Below, piece after piece: positions 18,070 through 24,578 of a stretch of 26,720 nucleotides of DNA. The notes beneath the pieces were generated by a model, which made no database searches, was not told the DNA's origin, and saw only the letters and a list, made by a program, of their open reading frames with translations. The translations under genes were made by a program, and so were the position numbers. Position 1 is the stretch's first letter. The number at the start of each line of letters is the position of its first letter. This stretch comes from a virus. Its lineage: Duplodnaviria; Heunggongvirae; Uroviricota; Caudoviricetes. Location of the stretch: the IMG/VR virus record IMGVR_UViG_2734482772_000016, positions 1 through 26,720 of that record; one strand, given 5' to 3'.

Positions 18070-19264
18070 CGACGACAAAATCAGCCTGGTCATTGCCGGA
18101 AGGTCGCATTCTGACTGGAGCAGTTATCGTATTGACAGCGATTTCCTGAAAGCTGCCGACGGCTGGCAGCTTCAGCTGGGGCTGCCTGAAAAGGTGTTCC
18201 CGGCGGATATCGTCCGGGGCGCACAAATCCGGTTGCAGGTGGGAGATGAAACGGTGCTCAGTGGGCGCATAGACAGCGTGCGCCGTAGTGTGTCCCGTCA
18301 GAGCTGCACGCTGGCCCTGTTCGGGCGTGATGATGCCGCCATCCTGGTGGACTGTGCCGCGCCGGTGTTCAGCGCCAACCAGCTGACGCTGGACGAGGTC
18401 ATCGACAGGATTGTCAGACCGCTGGGGATACAGCGCATCCGTATTCAGGCGTCCGGTGTGTCACGTAATGACAAGGTCGTTATAGAGCCGGGGATGCGTG
18501 CGTGGGATGCACTGGCCAAAGCTGCCGCCGGTCGCGGCTTATGGCCGTGGTTTGAGCCTGACGGGACGCTGGTTGTGGGTGGTCCAGACTACACTACCAC
18601 GCCGGTGGATACGCTGATTCTGAAGCTGGACGGCACCGGGAACAACGTGATGGAGCTGGACGATACCCGGTCCATTAACGGCTGTTTCTCCGAACTGACG
18701 GTGCTGGCCCAGAGCCACGCCCGCCGCGCAGACAGCAAGAAACAGGTGGCCGTGGTGCCGCTGGATATCTGGAACGAGGACGGCAGCGTGCGCACATTAT
18801 CCGGGCAGGACAGCGGTAATACGGACAGTGGTCAGACAGGCATTCATAACATGAAAGCCGTGGCCACCGACCCCACCGTGGATTATTACCGCCCGCAGAT
18901 TATCACCCAGGGCGACACCAGCAATCTGGAGCAGGTGAACTGGCGCGCAAAAAAAATGATGAGTGATGCCCGCCTGTCGGGGCTGGATATCGTCGCACTG
19001 GTTGCAGGTCATCGCACGGCAGATGGTGTTCTGTGGCAGCCCGGCCAGCGGGTGCGGATTGTCAGCGAACTCCACGGCATTGATGCCATCTTTTTCCTGA
19101 TGGGGCGTGAGTTCAGCGGAGGCCGGAACGGGCAGACAACCCGGCTTCGCTTTAAGGAGGACGGCGTGTGGATACCTGACGCCTTCCCGCGCGAGAAGAA
19201 ACGCCATCACCGCAGGGGCAAAAAGAAAAAAGAGGTCGCCATTGTTAAGGTCTGGGAGAAATGA
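18053..19264 (+). CDS. baseplate hub protein (Mu gp44/P-like, late control D-like)
   Basis: 403 aa overlapping the upstream gene by 17 nt; Mu P position. Confidence 0.7.
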   Translation: MPTQNNDDKISLVIAGRSHSDWSSYRIDSDFLKAADGWQLQLGLPEKVFPADIVRGAQIRLQVGDETVLSGRIDSVRRSVSRQSCTLALFGRDDAAILVDCAAPVFSANQLTLDEVIDRIVRPLGIQRIRIQASGVSRNDKVVIEPGMRAWDALAKAAAGRGLWPWFEPDGTLVVGGPDYTTTPVDTLILKLDGTGNNVMELDDTRSINGCFSELTVLAQSHARRADSKKQVAVVPLDIWNEDGSVRTLSGQDSGNTDSGQTGIHNMKAVATDPTVDYYRPQIITQGDTSNLEQVNWRAKKMMSDARLSGLDIVALVAGHRTADGVLWQPGQRVRIVSELHGIDAIFFLMGREFSGGRNGQTTRLRFKEDGVWIPDAFPREKKRHHRRGKKKKEVAIVKVWEK

Positions 19265-19914
19265 TGTGGGACAAGGTTAATCAGCGCATACAGCAGGCAC
19301 TGGCCGCCGTTCGCCAGGCATTCAGGGTGGTAACCGGTACGGTGGACAGTTCGACCAAAGTACAGCTACTTCAGCTGAACGGGCTGGCAGGCGAACAGCT
19401 GGACGGTGCGGAGTATTTTCAGCATTACGGCCTCACCACATCCCCGCCGCCCGGCTCGATGGGTATTGCCGTTCCGCTGAATGGTAATACCTCCCATACC
19501 GTCGTCGTGGCCACAGAGCACGGCGCATATCGCCTGACGGAACTGAAACCCGGCGAGGTGGCGCTGTATACCGACGAAGGCGCGAAAATCGTACTGAAGC
19601 GCGGGCGGGTTATTGAGCATGAATGTGATGTTTATCGCGTGAAATGCAAACGCTATGAGGTTGAGGCAGAGGAAAGCGCCGCATTCACAACACCGTTACT
19701 GACAGCCAGTGACAAGCTGACGGTGGAAGGCAAAATCACCGGCAACGGTGGCATGGCCATCAGTGGGGGCAAGGGATACACTGCCACCTTTGAAGGCAAT
19801 ATCAACCATGTGGGTGGAGTGATTACCTCCGTTGACGTCACCATTAATGGCGTTAAAATCGGAACGCATAAACACGATACCCCTCACGGCATATCTGGCC
19901 TGCCGCATAATTAA
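19261..19914 (+). CDS. baseplate central spike (Mu gp45-like, gpV-type)
   Basis: 217 aa with a C-terminal Gly-rich beta-helix-like region ending in a His-rich apex (GTHKHDTPHG), typical of metal-binding spike tips. Confidence 0.7.
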   Translation: MMWDKVNQRIQQALAAVRQAFRVVTGTVDSSTKVQLLQLNGLAGEQLDGAEYFQHYGLTTSPPPGSMGIAVPLNGNTSHTVVVATEHGAYRLTELKPGEVALYTDEGAKIVLKRGRVIEHECDVYRVKCKRYEVEAEESAAFTTPLLTASDKLTVEGKITGNGGMAISGGKGYTATFEGNINHVGGVITSVDVTINGVKIGTHKHDTPHGISGLPHN

Positions 19915-19929
19915 GTGCTGAACACCCTC
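19915..19929 (+). promoter_or_regulatory. copy B of the repeated 15-bp motif GTGCTGAACACCCTC
   Basis: Exact repeat of 7999..8013, one nt after the spike stop codon and 38 bp upstream of the gp46-like start. Confidence 0.35.
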
Positions 19930-19967
19930 ACCTGATTCTGACCTGTCCATGCTGCCAGACTGGCGGC

Positions 19968-20318
19968 ATGGACCAGACGATTTCACCTGCAACCGGCGAC
20001 TACGAACGCCGCCGGATTTATACACTCCATAACGCGGTTTATCTGCGACTGGCGACGCCGCTTGGCAGTTACTGGGCGGATGCGTCGCTGGGGTCACGCC
20101 TGCACGAGCTGAAGCGGGAAAAAGACGTTTCCCGTGTTCATAAGCTTGCGGCGCAGTATGCCAGCCAGGCACTTCAGCCCCTGCTCGATGACGGGCGGGC
20201 AAAATCCATTACCGTTGACACAAAACCGGGGCAGCGCGGCTGGTTGTTGCTGTTAATCACCGTCACGGATAACGCGGGCACACCGCAGACGTTTGAACAC
20301 CCTGTGAGGATTATGTAA
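19968..20318 (+). CDS. Mu gp46-like baseplate protein
   Basis: 116 aa, ATGTAATG junction with the downstream J-like gene; gp46 position. Confidence 0.65.
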   Translation: MDQTISPATGDYERRRIYTLHNAVYLRLATPLGSYWADASLGSRLHELKREKDVSRVHKLAAQYASQALQPLLDDGRAKSITVDTKPGQRGWLLLLITVTDNAGTPQTFEHPVRIM

Positions 20319-21397
20319 TGCCGTTTCCTGTTCCGGGCGTTGCTGAAAACACAGAACGCCAGCTACGTGATATCGCTAACGCCCTGCCGGGCGAAACCAT
20401 CGACACCGGTGCTGACAGCGATTACCGCATTCGTGCAAATGCCGTATCCGGCGTGGCTGACGGGCTTTATATGCATCAGGGGTGGATACTCCGTCAGGTG
20501 TTTCCTGACACGGCAGACCCTGAATATCTGGAGCTGCACTGTCGTACGCGCAATGTTTTTCGTAAAAAAGCAACGGCCTCATCCGGTCCGGTAGTGATTA
20601 CCGGCGCACCCGGTAAGACGCTGCCAGCCGGTGCGGAAATTCGTGGTGAAGGTGTCAGCGTGGCCACCACAGCAGACTGCACCATCGGTGATGAAGGCAG
20701 CGCAGAGGTGACGGTAAAAAGCACCGCCACGGGTGCACAGACGAATGCATCCACGACGCAGACGGCAACGCTGGTCAGCCCGCCGGAAGGCATCAACAGC
20801 ACGGTGACGATTAAATCCCTGACCGGCGGAACGGACAGGGAAAGTGACGCCGACCTGCTGGCGCGTTATCTGGATATTCTGCGCAGGCCGCCCGCTGGCG
20901 GTAATAAATATGATTACAAACGCTGGGCGCTGGAAGTTGACGGTGTTACCTCTGCATACGTGGAGCCGTTACGTCGTGGCCCCGGTACGGTTGATGTGGT
21001 TATCACTTCTGCAAATGATTTACCGTCACAGGAGCTGATTAACGCGGTGATGGCCCATATCAATGATGTCCGCCCGGTAACGGCGAAGGATACAATGGTA
21101 CTGGCACCAACGAAAAAAAACGTTGATTTTGTTGTCAGAATAAAAACCAGTGGCCTTACTGTTGAACAGATAAAACCACAGATAACTGAAGTTATCACGG
21201 ATTTTATGAACCGACTGGAACCGGGGCAGGAATTAATTATTTCACAACTGGAAACTCAGATTTCATTAATTTCTGGCGTCAGTGATCGGCGGATTATTAT
21301 GCCGTCAGATAATGTAAAAGCAGTTGTCAATGAATCCACATGGGAGTGGCTGCGTCCGGGGAGTATTGATATCCAGCCATTTCCCAGGGAGAGTTAA
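20318..21397 (+). CDS. baseplate J-like wedge protein (Mu gp47-like)
   Basis: 359 aa; size and position match the baseplate J family. Confidence 0.75.
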   Translation: MPFPVPGVAENTERQLRDIANALPGETIDTGADSDYRIRANAVSGVADGLYMHQGWILRQVFPDTADPEYLELHCRTRNVFRKKATASSGPVVITGAPGKTLPAGAEIRGEGVSVATTADCTIGDEGSAEVTVKSTATGAQTNASTTQTATLVSPPEGINSTVTIKSLTGGTDRESDADLLARYLDILRRPPAGGNKYDYKRWALEVDGVTSAYVEPLRRGPGTVDVVITSANDLPSQELINAVMAHINDVRPVTAKDTMVLAPTKKNVDFVVRIKTSGLTVEQIKPQITEVITDFMNRLEPGQELIISQLETQISLISGVSDRRIIMPSDNVKAVVNESTWEWLRPGSIDIQPFPRES

Positions 21398-21400
21398 TAC

Positions 21401-21973
21401 ATGAATACGGTTGATTTATTCCGTGCCATGTTACCGCCGGTCAGCTATGACCCGAACGGGAAATATATTTCAGCAGAACTGAACGCAGAAGCAGCCATTA
21501 TGGATGAAGTAAAAGCGTCAGCTGCACGAGTGCTCGCATCTGTCACACCATTTTACGCATCCATGACGCTGTCTGACTGGGAACGAGTGTATGGAGTAAT
21601 ACCCCGCGATGGTGCCACACAGCAGGAACGCCGAGAAAATATTCTTATAAAGATGGCTGCAACTGGTGGGTTATCTATCCCTTATTTTAAACAACTTGCA
21701 GCCAGCCTCGGGTACACCATAACAATTACTGAACTCCATCCATTCAGAACGGGGGTAAACCGATGTGGTGATCGTCTCTATATAACAGATGCCCGATGGA
21801 TTTGGCAGGTTAATGTCACAGGAAGCAAAACGCCAGCTTACAGATTCAGAACCGGAGTATCTGCAGCCGGGGAACCGTTACTTTCCTTTGGTGCCCCTGT
21901 ACTGGAAGAAACATTTAAAGACCTTAAACCCGCTTTTACTTATTGCCATTTCACATATAAGGAGGAGCAGTAA
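21401..21973 (+). CDS. Mu gp48-like tail protein (DUF2313-type)
   Basis: 190 aa between the J-like gene and the tail fibre; ribosome-binding site GAGAG before ATG 21401. Confidence 0.6.
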   Translation: MNTVDLFRAMLPPVSYDPNGKYISAELNAEAAIMDEVKASAARVLASVTPFYASMTLSDWERVYGVIPRDGATQQERRENILIKMAATGGLSIPYFKQLAASLGYTITITELHPFRTGVNRCGDRLYITDARWIWQVNVTGSKTPAYRFRTGVSAAGEPLLSFGAPVLEETFKDLKPAFTYCHFTYKEEQ

Positions 21974-22713
21974 TGCAAAATCTGATGCCCCCGATAAATA
22001 CACCGGATCAATTGTTTCATGATGGTGACCCCACTCAGGGGATAGAAGGAACCATCGTAACTGCTGATTATTTAAATAATCAGCAGGGAGCAACCCGTGA
22101 TTTACAGCAGGAACTCCTTAATGTTCTTGGTGATGCACATATTCAACCTGACCCCAAAAAAACGGATCAGCTACTTACCGCGCTTCGTGCGTTGCTGTTA
22201 AGCCGCAAAAACCCATTTGCCGATATCAAATCGGACGGCACGGTGAAAACGGCTCTCGAAAACCTTGGATTAACCAACGCGATAATTGGTGATACCTGTA
22301 AAGAAGCAGGGTTCTACTTAGGAAGTGAACTTGCCCCTTATCTTATGCATGAGGACACTCACACAGCCATCCGCCTGGTAACGTTGGATAGCGTCCGTCG
22401 AGTAACAACCACTACTTACACTATTAATTATTACGCGAATGGCTTAATTCAGATTTTAGGTATGACCCCAACAGTAAGCTCTTTGACTCCCCAGACCATG
22501 ACATTCCCAGTGGCGTTCCCAAATGCTTGTGTTCGGTTTGCATTGCACAACCAAGAAAGTGGCGTCCCATCCTACAACATGGCGATGTATTCTAATTTAA
22601 GCAGAACGGGCGTGAAGATATGGGGAGTGGCGAACATTCTTGGCAACGGTGGAAGCCCGACGCTGGGCGCGCTACCGAACGCTGAAATCTCTTATGAAGC
22701 ATGGGGTTACTGA
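21973..22713 (+). CDS. tail fibre protein, currently expressed form (constant N-terminus joined to a variable C-terminus)
   Basis: 246 aa with an AAGGAGG ribosome-binding site; the candidate crossover site lies inside the gene at about codon 98 and is followed by a Ser/Thr/Gly/Asn-rich receptor-binding-like region. Confidence 0.7.
   Translation: MQNLMPPINTPDQLFHDGDPTQGIEGTIVTADYLNNQQGATRDLQQELLNVLGDAHIQPDPKKTDQLLTALRALLLSRKNPFADIKSDGTVKTALENLGLTNAIIGDTCKEAGFYLGSELAPYLMHEDTHTAIRLVTLDSVRRVTTTTYTINYYANGLIQILGMTPTVSSLTPQTMTFPVAFPNACVRFALHNQESGVPSYNMAMYSNLSRTGVKIWGVANILGNGGSPTLGALPNAEISYEAWGY
22254..22278 (+). repeat. candidate left crossover site (gix/hix-like) of an invertible tail-fibre segment
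   Basis: TCTCGAAAACC-TT-GGATTAACCAAC: the left half GAAAACC matches the hix/gix half-site as I remember it; it pairs in inverted orientation with 24211..24238. Confidence 0.35.
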
Positions 22714-22714
22714 T

Positions 22715-23152
22715 ATGACATTTTTCTACAGTGCAGCACATAATATTTTTGTTTCAGATATTAACAAAGAGAGCTATGAGGATGCTGGATCGTGGCCAGC
22801 AGATGCAAAAGAAGTTTCAGATGAATTATTTTATCAATATTCGCAAAATCCACCGAAAGGCAAAATTCGCTCCCATGCAGATGGCCTGCCCATCTGGGAA
22901 GATGCCCCGCCTATGACTGAAGAAGAACTTATTCTGAAAAATAAGAATGAAAAACAAATTCGTATCGATGAAGCCAATAATTATATGCACGGTAAGCAAT
23001 GGCCAGGTAAAGCGGCTATTGGTCGTCTGAAAGGTGAGGAACTGGCGCAATATAATTTGTGGCTGGATTATCTGGACGCACTGGAGCTGGTCGATACTTC
23101 CGGTGCGCCAGATATTGAATGGCCTACGCCTCCGGCAGTTCAGGCCAGATGA
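22715..23152 (+). CDS. tail fibre assembly protein (Mu U-like)
   Basis: C-terminus DTSGAPDIEWPTPP is the characteristic tail-fibre-assembly ending; start is either ATG 22715 or ATG 22694. Confidence 0.65.
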   Translation: MTFFYSAAHNIFVSDINKESYEDAGSWPADAKEVSDELFYQYSQNPPKGKIRSHADGLPIWEDAPPMTEEELILKNKNEKQIRIDEANNYMHGKQWPGKAAIGRLKGEELAQYNLWLDYLDALELVDTSGAPDIEWPTPPAVQAR

Positions 23153-23726
23153 CATCCGGCGCGGTGCTGGTATCTGTTGCCGTCACCGCGTCAATGTAAT
23201 CCAGCACAGCGTTAAGTCGGGTGGTTTCTGCCTGCGTCAGCTTCCGCCCGGCCTGCAATTTCAGTTGAATCAGACTGATGGAAGCCATTGCAGCATCAAT
23301 CAGCGACTGGCGCTGTGCTTCTGCTGCGTCTACTGCGGCACTATGCTGTGCCTCAGTATCTGTCACCCATTTCTCACCATCCCATTTATCATATGGTGTT
23401 AACGGGGCAATAGTGGTTGTATTTTCAGGGTAATCACCCAGAGCTGTGATTTCTTTCGATTCTCCTGTTTCGGTGCTATAGATGATTTCACCGCGATGGT
23501 CTGCAACATATTCCCACCCGGTTGAATCTGCATTGCGGCAGATTGCAAAACCGTCCTTGTGCTCACCCGGTGCATCAGTGCTGGAATGCGCAGGGATACC
23601 AAAACCAGCAACAAGATACTCAACTGATAACGTCATGTATTCGCGCGTTTCTCCATCATAGTTGTAGACCGTTATCTGACCATCTGTTGTTGCATATCCG
23701 TTTTCGTCTAAAATCACCTGTTCCAT
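23124..23726 (-). CDS. alternative tail fibre assembly protein (U'-like), inverted orientation
   Basis: 200 aa on the - strand ending DTSTAPDVIWPELPEA; convergent with and overlapping the + strand assembly gene by 29 bp, as in the Mu G / P1 C segments. Confidence 0.65.
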   Translation of the reverse strand: MEQVILDENGYATTDGQITVYNYDGETREYMTLSVEYLVAGFGIPAHSSTDAPGEHKDGFAICRNADSTGWEYVADHRGEIIYSTETGESKEITALGDYPENTTTIAPLTPYDKWDGEKWVTDTEAQHSAAVDAAEAQRQSLIDAAMASISLIQLKLQAGRKLTQAETTRLNAVLDYIDAVTATDTSTAPDVIWPELPEA

Positions 23727-24263
23727 TTATGCGGTCCTCACAATGTAGTTAAACGCAATGTTTCTCGGTCGATTCTCCAGGGCCGTTGGAACCTGTGATG
23801 AAGCATCAAATGTAAACCCACCATTTTTATACCCGGATGTGTTTGATGCGGCTGTAAGTACAAAATTAGTGGTATCTCCAGCCGATGACTCACTCCATCC
23901 AAATACCCCAGTCATTTGCCTTGCTGTGTTTTGATTATATGAGTTGGATACTATGCGAACTGTTCCGGAGATATTTCTTATGGCATCTTCCTGGGCGCTC
24001 ATTAGCTTGCGCCCGCTATCTACACCTCGCCCATCATCCCAACCACGAATGAATTCACCCCGCAGGTCTGGAAGGACGCCGGATGGATAAACAGCAGCCA
24101 ACGCAGGTAGTAACGTTTTATTGAAAGATGAACCGTTGCACTTCATCCATCCTGTTGGTGGTGTAGCCAGTGGATATGGTACAGGTACACCAACGGGTAA
24201 CGCTGAGCCTTCTCCCAAACCAACGTTTATGAAAATGCAGAAATAACAAGCAAATGGCATCAT
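23727..24263 (-). CDS. alternative tail fibre C-terminal variable domain (S'-like), silent in the present orientation
   Basis: 178 aa on the - strand with a Ser/Thr/Asn/Gly-rich C-terminus; its 5' end runs across the candidate right crossover site, so it would be expressed only as a fusion after inversion. Confidence 0.55.
   Translation of the reverse strand: MMPFACYFCIFINVGLGEGSALPVGVPVPYPLATPPTGWMKCNGSSFNKTLLPALAAVYPSGVLPDLRGEFIRGWDDGRGVDSGRKLMSAQEDAIRNISGTVRIVSNSYNQNTARQMTGVFGWSESSAGDTTNFVLTAASNTSGYKNGGFTFDASSQVPTALENRPRNIAFNYIVRTA
24211..24238 (+). repeat. candidate right crossover site (gix/hix-like), inverted relative to 22254..22278
   Basis: Reverse complement reads TTTTCATAAACG-TT-GGTTTGGGAGAA; right half GGTTTG and the core resemble the hix/gix consensus; 12 of 19 positions match the left site in the alignment I made. 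Confidence 0.35.
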
Positions 24264-24289
24264 TCCTGCTTTTGTCAGGGTGATCTACT

Positions 24290-24385
24290 ATGTTTATAGG
24301 CTATGTACGCGCATCAACAAATGACCAGGACACCGATTTACAACGCAATGCGTTGAGCTGTGCAGGATATGAGCTGATTTTTTGA
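24290..24385 (+). pseudogene. truncated serine DNA invertase (Gin/Pin/Hin family) N-terminal remnant
   Basis: MFIGYVRASTNDQDTDLQRNALSCAGYELIF, then a stop: close to the Gin/Pin N-terminus (xLIGYVRVSTNDQxTxLQRNAL, catalytic Ser retained). Removing one T from the T6 run at 24378..24383 gives FEGKSSA, resembling Gin FEDKLSG, then another stop. No sequence encoding the conserved WKLDRLGRS or helix-turn-helix region follows. Confidence 0.6.
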
Positions 24386-24578
24386 GGGTAAATCATCAGC
24401 ATGAGACTAATAATTTAGCGTCCAATTCTGGGCTTTTGGGTTGCGCGCTCTCCGCCCAGAATTGTTCGCCAATTAGCCCAGAAAAAAACGCGAAGTTACA
24501 CATGAATCAATTCCTTCTGCTTTTAATATGGTTTATCTGGTCACTGCACCAGTTCCGTTTTAATTTTTTGCACCTGAC

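Larger units (their letters stand above)
1..24500 (+). mobile_element. Mu-like prophage, late region (lysis, head, tail, tail fibre); left boundary outside window, right end apparently truncated
   Basis: Uninterrupted same-strand, tightly packed or overlapping genes in the canonical Mu late order (gp27-like, large terminase, portal, F, G, I, major head, gp36/37/38-like, sheath, tube, chaperone, tape measure, gp43-48-like baseplate, fibre, invertible segment, invertase). Family names are from recalled motifs and synteny, not a search. Confidence 0.8.

Noticed and set aside
20291-20308. Third, partial copy of the repeated motif (TGAACACCCT) just before the baseplate J-like start
   Set aside because: Only a 10-mer, and it lies inside the gp46-like coding sequence (encoding FEHPV), so it may be coincidental; mentioned under the motif finding but not annotated as a feature.
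24481-24513. A-rich run followed by CGCGAAG and TGAATCAAT, vaguely reminiscent of Mu terminal transposase-binding repeats
   Set aside because: The resemblance is from memory only, the orientation does not fit a right end with the phage to its left, and it is too short to distinguish from chance; kept only as a note within the right-end finding.
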